A stretch of DNA of 64,000 nt from Victivallis vadensis (lineage in GTDB: Bacteria > Verrucomicrobiota > Lentisphaeria > Victivallales > GWF2-50-93): NCBI GenBank assembly GCA_945883805.1, contig CAMCYE010000005.1, forward strand, positions 5,269 to 69,268. Reading direction: 5' to 3'. Both the position numbers and the translations under genes were made by a program. The notes under the pieces were generated by a model. The model had not been told where the DNA came from. It saw nothing but the letters and a program-made list of their open reading frames with translations, and ran no database searches. Within the stretch, counting starts at the first letter, position 1; the number at the start of each line of letters is the position of its first letter. This document shows, one piece after another, positions 44,261-53,283 of this stretch.

Positions 44261-44310
44261 TTGACACCAAACCTGGAATGCGTATAATATGAATGTTTCC
44301 TATTTGGAAA
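44261..44310 (+). promoter_or_regulatory. Consensus promoter plus TSS-proximal inverted repeat (candidate operator), copy 1
   Basis: TTGACA (44261-44266), a 16-nt spacer, TATAAT (44283-44288), then TTTCC-TATTT-GGAAA at 44296-44310. Confidence 0.6.
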
Positions 44311-44435
44311 TATTTAACGTCGCAACCGTGCGCTTGGCGGATGTTCGGGAACGACTTTCGCGTGTACGTCGAATTGTTCGTACATCTTCGGATCGGGAGA
44401 TAATAATTAGTAATTTGACAAGGAGAGGAGAAATC
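44295..44435 (+). promoter_or_regulatory. 5' leader of the M81 operon (first ~97 nt shared with the mmsA-operon leader)
   Basis: 44289-44391 differs from 56914-57016 at only two positions, whereas the 16-nt promoter spacer alone differs at four. It contains local stems such as GTACG-TCGAATTGTT-CGTAC. I recognised no known riboswitch class. Confidence 0.4.
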
Positions 44436-45893
44436 GTGAAGATAGCAGTAGCCGGTATAATCCAGGAGACATGCAGTTTCAGTCCCGTGAAAACGACATT
44501 GCGAAACTTCAAGATATCCTTGGGAGATGAAGTCGTATTGTCTGCAGATGCGGGCGGAGTGATTGGAGGCTTCCTCAGCGCCATGGAACACTCCTGCTGC
44601 AGTTTTACAGGGACACTGAACGCGCAGGCAATGTCTGGAGGGTCACTTTCCTCAAGCACATTACTCTTTCTGAGGAAAAAACTGTTGAATGGCCTCGGAA
44701 AGGTCCGCGGATTCGACGCCGTCTTTATTTCCCTGCACGGGGCGATGGCCTCGGATGACGAACCCGACGCCTGCGGTTTAATCCTTGAGGACGTGCGAAA
44801 ACTGGTCGGGAGCCGGTGTTTTGTAGCGGTCGAACTGGATCACCATGCAAATGTCACAAGGAGGATGGTCTCGGCGGCAGACGTGATTGCCGGCTATGAG
44901 AAACAGCCGCACGATTTGGCGGTCTCTGGCGCAAAGATGGCCAGGGTGATGTCGGACATCCTCAAATGCGGGCTAAAGCCGCATGCCTCCCTGGTCAAAA
45001 TCCCCATGCTAGCGCCGCAGGACAACTTCCTGACCTCGTCTGGGCCGATGAAAGAATGGTTCAGTCTCGCCCGTGAGATGGAAAAGGACGGGGAAGTTAT
45101 CGTCGCCTCGACTTTCCCGACCCAGCCGTGGCTGGACGCCCCCGACAACGGCTGGAGCTGCCTGGTGTATGCCGACAGCCCTGAAAAAGCGCGGAGATGC
45201 GCCGAACAACTGGCTGCAAAAGCCTGGCGAATGCGGAAGGAATTCTGGCATTCCGAGCGTCTGCCTCTCTCTGAGACCATAGCTGCGGCAAATTCTGAAC
45301 CGAAAGGACTGGTCGTGATTTCGGACACCGGCGACGCGGTGTTAGGGGGCGCCCCTGGAGACAACATGTCGATTATAGCTGAAATGCTGAAGCATGATCT
45401 GAACGGGACGGCGTTGGTTCCTGTCGTCGCACCAGATGCGTTTGCAAAGGCTCTGGCCGCAGGAGCAGGCAGTAAGATCACATTAAGCCTGGGTGGCAGG
45501 ATGAGCGCCGGTTTTTCTCCCCGCCTTAAAATATCCGGGACGGTCAGGGCTTTTGCCGGAGCCGGGGATTTCATGTTCGATGACGGGCGCAGGCGTCCGA
45601 AAGGCCGTTCAGCCCTGTTCGAGCACGGCAATCTGAAAATCGCCATACTGGAGTTGCGGGACTATTCGATAAACCATCCCTCTCTCTACCAGAATCTGGG
45701 AGTGGATGTGGAAAAAGCGCAGATGGTGGTGCTCAAGACCGGCAGCAATTTCCAATACTTCAAAGAATACCAGAGCCGCCTGATCCGCGCGGACTCGCCG
45801 GGCCCGACACAGTCGGATCTCACCGCATTCAAATGGGAAAAAAGAAGCCGTCCACTTTATCCTTTTGATGGCATAAAAAACTGGAGACCATGA
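44436..45893 (+). CDS. M81-family (MlrC-like, DUF1485 + MlrC_C) metallopeptidase homologue
   Basis: GTG 44436 is preceded by GGAGAGGAG. (V)KIAVAGIIQETCSFSP matches the family N-terminus (M-x-IAVAG-x-HETN-x-FSP). Also LHGAMASDDEPDACG ... LDHHANVT ... YEKQPHDL. Confidence 0.7.
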   Translation: MKIAVAGIIQETCSFSPVKTTLRNFKISLGDEVVLSADAGGVIGGFLSAMEHSCCSFTGTLNAQAMSGGSLSSSTLLFLRKKLLNGLGKVRGFDAVFISLHGAMASDDEPDACGLILEDVRKLVGSRCFVAVELDHHANVTRRMVSAADVIAGYEKQPHDLAVSGAKMARVMSDILKCGLKPHASLVKIPMLAPQDNFLTSSGPMKEWFSLAREMEKDGEVIVASTFPTQPWLDAPDNGWSCLVYADSPEKARRCAEQLAAKAWRMRKEFWHSERLPLSETIAAANSEPKGLVVISDTGDAVLGGAPGDNMSIIAEMLKHDLNGTALVPVVAPDAFAKALAAGAGSKITLSLGGRMSAGFSPRLKISGTVRAFAGAGDFMFDDGRRRPKGRSALFEHGNLKIAILELRDYSINHPSLYQNLGVDVEKAQMVVLKTGSNFQYFKEYQSRLIRADSPGPTQSDLTAFKWEKRSRPLYPFDGIKNWRP

Positions 45894-45896
45894 ATC

Positions 45897-46676
45897 ATGA
45901 GCAAACTTCTGGAGGGAAAGAAAGCCATAGTGACCGGAGCGTCCAGCGGCATCGGCAAAGGGATCGCCAGAATCCTTGCCAAAGAGGGTGCCGATGTGGC
46001 GTTCACTTATAGGAACAACAAGGCTGGTGCCGATGCGACGCTGAAGGAACTGGGCCAGTTCGGAGTGAAAGTCTTCTGCATGCGTTCGGACGTGAGCATA
46101 GTTTCCGGGATTGACGCGATGCTCGACGAGGCGGTGCAGGCCATGGGCGGGTTTGACATTATGGTGAACAACGCTGGCATTACCAGCAAATACCCTTTTC
46201 TTGAGATCACCGAGGCGCAGTACGACGAGTTGTTCGACATAAACTGCCGCGGCACTTTCTTCTGCACTCAGCGCGCGGCCCGCCACATGAAGGCTCATGG
46301 AGGGGGAAGCATTGTCAACATCTCCTCCTTGTCCAGCCGAGCCTCGACCGAAGGGTTCAGCGCCTACGCCTCTACAAAGGCAGCGATCAACAAGTTCACG
46401 GAGACGGCGGCAATAGAACTGGCGCCATTCCGCGTCAGGATAAACTCCGTTGCCGCAGGATGGGTTCCAGTTGAAAGCGAAAAGCCCAATACGGAGGAAT
46501 TCATCAGGGAGGCATTGAAGCATCTGCCTGTCGGGCGGTTCGGACTTCCAGACGACATCGGGGAGATGTGCGCGTTCCTGGCGTCGGACCGGGCAGCTTT
46601 TATCACCGGCCAGACCTATTTCGTGGACGGCGGCCAAACCTGCTTGCTGTCCATTCCGCAACGGAAGAACGTGTAG
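45897..46676 (+). CDS. Short-chain dehydrogenase/reductase (classical SDR)
   Basis: TGASSGIGKGIA (TGxxxGxG), NNAG, and the S ... YASTKAAINKF (YxxxK) catalytic motif. Confidence 0.85.
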   Translation: MSKLLEGKKAIVTGASSGIGKGIARILAKEGADVAFTYRNNKAGADATLKELGQFGVKVFCMRSDVSIVSGIDAMLDEAVQAMGGFDIMVNNAGITSKYPFLEITEAQYDELFDINCRGTFFCTQRAARHMKAHGGGSIVNISSLSSRASTEGFSAYASTKAAINKFTETAAIELAPFRVRINSVAAGWVPVESEKPNTEEFIREALKHLPVGRFGLPDDIGEMCAFLASDRAAFITGQTYFVDGGQTCLLSIPQRKNV

Positions 46677-46718
46677 GGAATTTTTTTCATCGGACAACAA
46701 AACATTCAGGGAGAAAAA

Positions 46719-48026
46719 ATGTCAATTGCACAAAAACTGTACGACAGGGCAAAGAAAGTGATGCCCGGAGGCGTGTGTTCCTCGACCCGTTACATTAACG
46801 CCCTTGGAAGGCCATTCTATATAGCAAGGGGCGCTGGCTCGAAAGTATATGATTACGACGGCCGCGAATACATCGACATGAACTGTTCACACGGTGCGGC
46901 CCTGCTAGGACATGGGCATCCAGCGGTGACAGAAGCTCTGGTTAAGGCCGCAGAGCTTGGATGTATCTGCTCCGCCGAGACCGAGCACCAGATAGAACTC
47001 GCCGAAAAGCTCTGCCGCATGATACCGTGCATGGAGAAAGTCCGTTTCTGCACTTCCGGCTCGGAGGCGACGATGCACATGATACGCGCCTGCCGCGGAT
47101 TCACTGGACGCGACAAAATTCTGCGGCTTGAAGGGCATTTTCACGGATACCATGAAATGATATACATCGGTGGCCAGCCCCCCATGGACAAGCTTAGGGA
47201 AAACCGCAGCAGGCCTTACATCGAATCTGCAGGTATCCCGGAGATTTTGCGTGACCTGATTGTTACAGCCCCTTTCAATGACCTTGACGCGATTAAAGAG
47301 GTCATCGATTCAAACAGGAATCAGATTGCAACCCTCATCCTGGAACCGGTGAACTACAATTCCGGAGGCATCAAGCCTGATCCGGGCTATCTGGAAGCGC
47401 TCAGGAAAATCACGGCCGACAACGGCATAATTCTGTTCTTCGATGAGATACAGTCGTCCTTCAAGAAATCCGTCGGGGGCGCACAGCAGGACTTCGGCGT
47501 CGTCCCGGATGTCTGCACCATCGGCAAGTCGCTGGGAGGTGGCGTGCCGCTCTCGGCTTTCGGCGGGAAATCAGAGATCATGGACATGTACAAGCCTTTC
47601 GGAACGGTTCAGCACAGCGGCACATTCAACGCACATCTCACACAGATCCTTCCGGGCCTGGCCTTCCTGGGCGAAATTGAGAAGCCGTATTTCTTCGCCC
47701 ATCTTGCCACGCTTGAAAACCGCCTCCACAAGGGGCTTGACCGCATCACACGAGATCTCGGAGTGCCGGTAATGTTCCCGCACCACGGCTCCCGCTTTAA
47801 TCTCGTTATGGGACTGGGGGAGGAGCCGCGACGCTACTCGGACTTGGAGAAACACGATCAGAGCCACGCCTTCGAGTTCTACCGAAGATCCGCAGAGCTC
47901 GGAGTTTACTATCATGATTACGGCAAAGGCTCGCCAGGCCACAGCGGCTACTCTATCCAGCACACTGAGGCCGACATTGACAAGATTCTGGAGTTTGCCG
48001 AGAAGGTTCTAAAGGAAATTTACTGA
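46719..48026 (+). CDS. Class-III PLP-dependent aminotransferase (HemL/GSA-aminomutase-like subgroup)
   Basis: AKKVMPGGVCSSTR, LGHGHPAV, FDEIQSSF, and DVCTIGKSLGGGVPLSAFGG with the Schiff-base Lys. Confidence 0.8.
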   Translation: MSIAQKLYDRAKKVMPGGVCSSTRYINALGRPFYIARGAGSKVYDYDGREYIDMNCSHGAALLGHGHPAVTEALVKAAELGCICSAETEHQIELAEKLCRMIPCMEKVRFCTSGSEATMHMIRACRGFTGRDKILRLEGHFHGYHEMIYIGGQPPMDKLRENRSRPYIESAGIPEILRDLIVTAPFNDLDAIKEVIDSNRNQIATLILEPVNYNSGGIKPDPGYLEALRKITADNGIILFFDEIQSSFKKSVGGAQQDFGVVPDVCTIGKSLGGGVPLSAFGGKSEIMDMYKPFGTVQHSGTFNAHLTQILPGLAFLGEIEKPYFFAHLATLENRLHKGLDRITRDLGVPVMFPHHGSRFNLVMGLGEEPRRYSDLEKHDQSHAFEFYRRSAELGVYYHDYGKGSPGHSGYSIQHTEADIDKILEFAEKVLKEIY

Positions 48027-48037
48027 ACGGTGAAGCC

Positions 48038-49096
48038 ATGCCCAAGAGTCTGATGAAACAAACCGCTGAGACCGCCACCGGGTTCTGGAACGATTCATGT
48101 GATTTGTATCAATTGAAGGAGGCGCTCGAACACGGAGCGGTAGGCGCCACATCAAATCCGGTGATAGTGACGGCCGTAGTTAAAAGTGCCCCTGAAACCT
48201 GGAACCCCCTGATCGACCGTCTCATAATCGAACATCATACGGCAAACGAGGATGACATTGCCTGGAAACTGATCGAAGAGATCGGGAAAAAAGCTGCGGA
48301 ACTCCTGATGCCGGAATTCAAAAGAAGCGGCGGCGTCAGAGGGCGTTTGTCGGTGCAGGTGGATCCGAGAAACTTCAGAGACGCCTCAGCAATGCTGGCA
48401 CAGGCGGAGAAATTGAACGGGATTGCACCGAACATCGCCGTGAAGATGCCGGTGGTTCCGGCCGGGCTGAAGGCAATCGAGGAGGCGACCGCAAAAGGGA
48501 TGACCCTAACTCCAACAGTCTGCTTCAGCGTTTCACAGGCAGTTTCCGCCGGTGAAGCCTTGGAACGCGGGTTAGACAGGGCTGCGGCCAACGGAATTGA
48601 CATATGCCAGATCCGTCCATGCGTGGCAATCATGGTCGGCCGCCTGGACGATCATCTCAGGCGTGTCATGGAAGCCCGTAAGCTCTGTATCGATCCGGGT
48701 TGTCTAGAATGGGCGGGCATAGCGGTCTTCAAGCGCGCCTACGCAATCTTCCGCAAGCGCGGCTTCAGAAGCATGCTTCTTTCGGCGGCATACCGCAACC
48801 ACATGCAGTGGTCCGAGTTCATAGGTGGAGAAGTCATCGTATCCATCCCGCACGCCTGGTGGAAACGTTTCAATGCCTCTAGCATCAAGGTGAAAGACAG
48901 CATCGGCAACCCCGTCGATCCCGCAATCGTAAAAACGCTAGAAATGAATTTCGAGGATTTCCGGCGTGCATATGAGCAGGAAGGTATGGCTCCAGAAGAA
49001 TTCCTGCAGTTCGGTGCAACAGTGCACACGCTGAAACAGTTTATCGCCTCCTATCATGAACTGCTCGAACTGATAAGGGAGAGGATGCTCAGATGA
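48038..49096 (+). CDS. Transaldolase-family protein
   Basis: GAVGATSNPVIV and NIAVKMPVVPAGLKAIE (catalytic Lys block). 352 aa. Confidence 0.7.
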   Translation: MPKSLMKQTAETATGFWNDSCDLYQLKEALEHGAVGATSNPVIVTAVVKSAPETWNPLIDRLIIEHHTANEDDIAWKLIEEIGKKAAELLMPEFKRSGGVRGRLSVQVDPRNFRDASAMLAQAEKLNGIAPNIAVKMPVVPAGLKAIEEATAKGMTLTPTVCFSVSQAVSAGEALERGLDRAAANGIDICQIRPCVAIMVGRLDDHLRRVMEARKLCIDPGCLEWAGIAVFKRAYAIFRKRGFRSMLLSAAYRNHMQWSEFIGGEVIVSIPHAWWKRFNASSIKVKDSIGNPVDPAIVKTLEMNFEDFRRAYEQEGMAPEEFLQFGATVHTLKQFIASYHELLELIRERMLR

Positions 49097-49965
49097 GACA
49101 TGAGAACATGAAGCCTGAACTGGTCTGCGATCCCGCTTGTCTCCTTGCCGAAGGGCCGCTCTGGAACCCAGCCGACCTGAAACTATATTTCACCGACATC
49201 CTGGGATGCAGCCTATGGCGCTGCGACACCGCAACCGGCAAGGTGGAGAATTTCTGGCGTGGATCCGTAAAAGTCGGAGGATTCGCCTTCAACAGGGACG
49301 GAAATATTATATTGTGCGCAGAAAACAGGGTGCTTAAACTCCACTCGGACGGCAGCACTGAAACGCTCTTCACCATGGACTTTCCGGACGGCGAACGTTT
49401 CAACGACATCACCACTGATCCGGAGGGGCGCATTTTTGCCGGCACCATGGGCTGCGGACTGTTCCGCTTTGAAAAAGGTAAAGCGCCGGTGAAACTGCTG
49501 GACGATATCCCCTGTTCAAACGGCATGACATTCAGCCTCGACTTGAAAACATTTTATCATACCGAGACCGGGAATCATGTGGTCAACTGCTACGATTACG
49601 ACCGGCATACAGGCGACATATCCAAACCTCGGGAATTTTTCAGGTGCTGCAAAGATGACGGGTTACCGGATGGTTTGACCATCGATGTGGAAGGCTGTCT
49701 TTGGCTGGCCTTATGGAACGGCGGGGCAATCATCCGTATTTCGCCAGCCGGCAAGATTTTAAGGACAATCAAGCTGCCCGCGAAAATTCCGACCAGCGTG
49801 ATGTTCGGAGGCGAAGGGCTGAAGGAATTGTTCATTACAACTTCAAGTTACGGGCGGACCGACGATATAAAAAGGGTAAACTCCAAAGGGGAGTTCCTAG
49901 GTGGCGGAGTTTTCCGCATTGTGCCGGGAGTGGCCGGCAGGGCCGAATGGCCGGCGGATTTTTAA
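49093..49965 (+). CDS. SMP-30 / gluconolactonase / LRE-family lactonase
   Basis: LAEGPLWNP, NDITTDPEGRIFAGTM, SNGMTFS, PDGLTIDVEGCLWLALWNGG, PTSVMFGG. ATGA overlap with the transaldolase stop. Confidence 0.85.
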   Translation: MRHENMKPELVCDPACLLAEGPLWNPADLKLYFTDILGCSLWRCDTATGKVENFWRGSVKVGGFAFNRDGNIILCAENRVLKLHSDGSTETLFTMDFPDGERFNDITTDPEGRIFAGTMGCGLFRFEKGKAPVKLLDDIPCSNGMTFSLDLKTFYHTETGNHVVNCYDYDRHTGDISKPREFFRCCKDDGLPDGLTIDVEGCLWLALWNGGAIIRISPAGKILRTIKLPAKIPTSVMFGGEGLKELFITTSSYGRTDDIKRVNSKGEFLGGGVFRIVPGVAGRAEWPADF

Positions 49966-50022
49966 ATTCAGAGTTAGGGAATTTCAACGCTTGTGTTAAT
50001 TTAACGCTGAAAGCGTGTGGTA

Positions 50023-50196
50023 ATATAGCCTATGGTTTCAACCATAGGGACTATGATCATGATGATTGCGTCCTGAATGGACGAAGTGTATCCATGTTTT
50101 TGGGTTAGCTACTTAAAAACAACTCCGTCTCTTCAAGACGAACAGATGTGTATGAGCTACCTGTGGTTGAAACCACAGGCTATAATACATTATCCC
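50023..50196. repeat. ~170-bp palindromic element with ~26-bp inverted ends inside the operon-1 region
   Basis: ATATAGCCTATGGTTTCAACCATAGG (50023-50048) against CCTGTGGTTGAAACCACAGGCTATAAT (50170-50196, reverse complement ATTATAGCCTGTGGTTTCAACCACAGG). Each end is itself a hairpin. Confidence 0.6.
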
Positions 50197-50326
50197 TCCG
50201 GGATAGAGAGAAAGCTAATCTAGGAATAAAAGGAAATAACAAAATTAAATATCCTTTGAATCCTGTTATCCTGTCAATAAAATCTTAAATTCCGGAGCAG
50301 TCGGCCAAGTACAAATTAGGGAATTC

Positions 50327-51127
50327 ATGAAACTCAGTTGTCTACCTGTGTCTTTTTATCCGGATTTCAGATCAGGGCAAATGGATATCTCCGGATGGTC
50401 CGCCATGGCTGAAAAGTTCGGCCTTGACTCGATCGACCTGAGCGTACTGATCACCCGCTGTGACAGGTCAATACCTTCGTTCCCTGTTGACACCGTGGCC
50501 ACATATACCGACTTCACGCATCCCGACAAGACAGTCAGGGAATGCGAATTCAACAGTTTCATGGATGATGTCAGGGACTGTGCGAGAATCGGAGCGCGCT
50601 ATTTGCGTGTCACCGCCGGACAGGCTCATCCGGAAACTTCCACCTGCAGCGGTTTGGACTGGGCGGCGGATTATCTGGGTAAAGCTGCGGATTTCGCAAA
50701 ATCTGAAAACATCGGGCTGTTGTTTGAAAACCATTCGAAACCGGGAGTCTGGAAATATTACGATTTTGCAGGAGAACCGGAGATTTATTTTGAACTTGTG
50801 AAGCGTCTTGAGGGCGTCAACATAGATCTGCTGTTCGACACGGCCAATGCGTGTTTCTACAGGCAGGATCCGGTGCTTATGCTTGAAAAAATATTCCCGC
50901 GCGTACGGCGCATCCATGTCGCGGACATCGCCGAATCGGATGATTTGAAGCCGGTCTTGATTGGGCACGGCATTGTTCCGCTGTCGGAAATATTCGGTTA
51001 CCTGGGCCGGAATGGATTTATCGGCTCCTTGTCAATCGAAGAAGCATCCTTTTGTGGGGCCGATGGGGTCGAAAAAGCCGTCCGCGCCACCAGGTGCCTA
51101 TGGCGTGACGCATGTTTTGGGGCATGA
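50327..51127 (+). CDS. Sugar phosphate isomerase/epimerase (xylose-isomerase-like TIM barrel)
   Basis: 266 aa. GARYLRVTAGQ, LLFENHSKPG, HVADI. Confidence 0.7.
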   Translation: MKLSCLPVSFYPDFRSGQMDISGWSAMAEKFGLDSIDLSVLITRCDRSIPSFPVDTVATYTDFTHPDKTVRECEFNSFMDDVRDCARIGARYLRVTAGQAHPETSTCSGLDWAADYLGKAADFAKSENIGLLFENHSKPGVWKYYDFAGEPEIYFELVKRLEGVNIDLLFDTANACFYRQDPVLMLEKIFPRVRRIHVADIAESDDLKPVLIGHGIVPLSEIFGYLGRNGFIGSLSIEEASFCGADGVEKAVRATRCLWRDACFGA

Positions 51128-51230
51128 GCATCACGTGCCGGCAATATTAATAGGATTTTATTAACGACATCACCGGCTGTCGAATATTTTTTGGAATTTC
51201 TGGAAAAATAAATATAAGGACGGATAGCAT

Positions 51231-53204
51231 ATGAATTTCCCAAAAGTCTGGAGAGAGCCTCTCAATGACTATATTCCATCAACACTGAGGATGGAGGCGG
51301 CTCGCTTTTTCAGGATCCACCAGTTGCCGGATAATCTCGAAAAATGGATGGTTGAAAGGAAAAAGCTGAGAGACAGGATCTGGAACTCTCTTGGAGTGAG
51401 CTTTGATAACTCTATCCCGCTGGACTACCATGAGACTGGTACTGTTGATATGGACGGGTACAAGGTGAAAAAAATATACTTTCAGAGCCGGAAGGACTTT
51501 TATGTGACCGGAAATCTTTATGTGCCCGAAGGGAAAGGCCCGTTTCCCGCTGTTCTTTGTTTGCATGGACACTGGCAGCGCGGCCGTTTGACTGAAAGGG
51601 TTCAGGCCAGGGGGCACAGCCTGGCCAAGAACGGTTATGTATGTCTTGCCGTGGATGTTTTCGGTGCCGGTGAACGCTCGACAACCCATGGGGAATATGA
51701 AAATCATGGCAGCATGCTTGGCGCCTCGCTGATGAACATAGGTGAGACGCTAATGGGAATCCAGGTGGTCGACAACATGAGAGGTATTGATCTGCTCTGT
51801 TCGCTGGATTTCGTGGATAAGTCCAGAATCGGGGCAACAGGTGCGAGCGGGGGCGGCAATCAGACGATGTGGCTCGCCGCCATGGATGACAGGGTGAAAG
51901 CAGCCATGCTTGTGGTGAGCGTGGGAACTTTCGAATCATATGTCATGGGGGGCAACTGCATATGCGAACTGCTTCCGGACGGTCTTACCTATACCGAAGA
52001 ATCCGGTGTCCTCGCCCTTGTTGCGCCAAGGGCTTTGAAGATTTGCAATTGCCTTGGGGACGACAACCCCACTTTCTTTCCATCTGAGATGCTGCGCAGC
52101 TATGCGGAGGCGAGAAATATTTTCCAGGCATATGAGGCTGATGGGAATCTTGCCTATCAGATATTCAATCTGCCGCATGGATTCTGGCCTGAAATCCGTG
52201 AAGCGATGCTGGGGTGGTTTGATCTGCATCTCAAGGGAGTTGGACACGGAAGTCCGAAGAGGGAAATTCCCTTTGAATATCTTCCGGAAGACAAGGCGAT
52301 GGTTTTTGAAAAGGGTAAAAGGGATGAGAAAGTCATTTCAATTGCCCGTTATTGCCATGAAAAAGGGGAGCTGCTAAAAAGGGCGTTTCTGGAAAATAAA
52401 AACATAGATGCGCCCAAATCACGCAACGATCTGATGAAAATGCTTAGAATCACTGCATGGCAGAAAATCAAAAAGCCCCATATGTATTCACCGGAAGATG
52501 GATGGGAGCGCATCGCCTTGGAAACTGAATGCGGACGTATGGTTCCGATCCTTTTCAGGAAGCCCTCTTCAGAGGACGATGATTTTCTGATTTTGGCGGC
52601 ACCTGACTCCAAGGAGAAACTGCTCGGTTCGAGCATATTCAAAGAAGCCATGGATTCTGGAAAAGGCTTGCTTATACTGGATCTCTGGGGAACCGGAGAA
52701 ACATGCTGTAATGATAAACAGGAACAAATGTATCGGGATCTTCCGAGGGCTATCTTATGGCTTGGCAGGACATTCATGGGTGAATGGTGCATGGATTTCT
52801 CATTGGCAGCCGCATATGTCAGGATGACATATCCGGAAGCCCATATAACTGTCGGCGGCACCAGAGGAGCCGGACTTGCAGCCCTGTTTTTTTCGGCGAT
52901 TGAAGGAAAGTCAGTTCCTGCTGTTTTGGAAAAATGCCCGGCCTCATTGGTCTTCCATGGGAAAGCTCCGTCCGAATATTCGGCCATGGTTGACTATCTT
53001 CCAGGATTCCTCGTCTGGGGGGACGTTTCACTGGCAGCGGCCTTGACCGGGGCGGATGTCAGCTTCATTGATCCTCTTTACAGCGACTTGGAGCCGGTGG
53101 ATAATGAAGGAATACTGAAACTGAAGAGCGAATTCGACAGCGTCAGGAGATTCTGCGGAACTTCCGGCACGATACGTTTTATGAATGCTAAACAGGGTGT
53201 CTGA
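51231..53204 (+). CDS. Alpha/beta-hydrolase-fold protein (esterase / dienelactone-hydrolase-like), cytoplasmic
   Basis: FPAVLCLHGHW, nucleophile elbow GATGASGGGNQTMW, and a ~300-aa C-terminal extension. No signal peptide. Confidence 0.55.
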   Translation: MNFPKVWREPLNDYIPSTLRMEAARFFRIHQLPDNLEKWMVERKKLRDRIWNSLGVSFDNSIPLDYHETGTVDMDGYKVKKIYFQSRKDFYVTGNLYVPEGKGPFPAVLCLHGHWQRGRLTERVQARGHSLAKNGYVCLAVDVFGAGERSTTHGEYENHGSMLGASLMNIGETLMGIQVVDNMRGIDLLCSLDFVDKSRIGATGASGGGNQTMWLAAMDDRVKAAMLVVSVGTFESYVMGGNCICELLPDGLTYTEESGVLALVAPRALKICNCLGDDNPTFFPSEMLRSYAEARNIFQAYEADGNLAYQIFNLPHGFWPEIREAMLGWFDLHLKGVGHGSPKREIPFEYLPEDKAMVFEKGKRDEKVISIARYCHEKGELLKRAFLENKNIDAPKSRNDLMKMLRITAWQKIKKPHMYSPEDGWERIALETECGRMVPILFRKPSSEDDDFLILAAPDSKEKLLGSSIFKEAMDSGKGLLILDLWGTGETCCNDKQEQMYRDLPRAILWLGRTFMGEWCMDFSLAAAYVRMTYPEAHITVGGTRGAGLAALFFSAIEGKSVPAVLEKCPASLVFHGKAPSEYSAMVDYLPGFLVWGDVSLAAALTGADVSFIDPLYSDLEPVDNEGILKLKSEFDSVRRFCGTSGTIRFMNAKQGV

Positions 53205-53283
53205 TCACTGATCCCGATTTTGAAAGCGATTGAACAGAAAAGTTCATCGCCTTCAAAATCGGAAGTTGGACTTCATTTTCCCT

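Noticed and set aside
44295-44391. Assigning the conserved leader to a known riboswitch class.
   Set aside because: I could not find diagnostic conserved cores of the classes I know (TPP, SAM, glycine, purine, ZTP, guanidine, cobalamin and others). It is reported only as an unclassified candidate.
44289-44435. The track ORF 44289..45893 adds a 49-codon N-terminal extension (MNVSYLEIFNVATVRLADVRERLSRV...) to the M81 gene. The same ATG opens a 41-codon ORF in the second cassette, which would make it a possible leader peptide.
   Set aside because: The ATG directly abuts the TATAAT box, so it should lie upstream of the transcription start. Both substitutions between the two copies are non-synonymous (V/A, R/C), so there is no sign of coding constraint. 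The M81 family N-terminus matches GTG 44436, which has a strong GGAGAGGAG upstream.
45609-46700. 363-aa minus-strand ORF spanning the M81/SDR junction.
   Set aside because: It is antisense to two well-supported genes with clear family motifs. It is a typical GC-rich shadow ORF rich in R/A/G/L.
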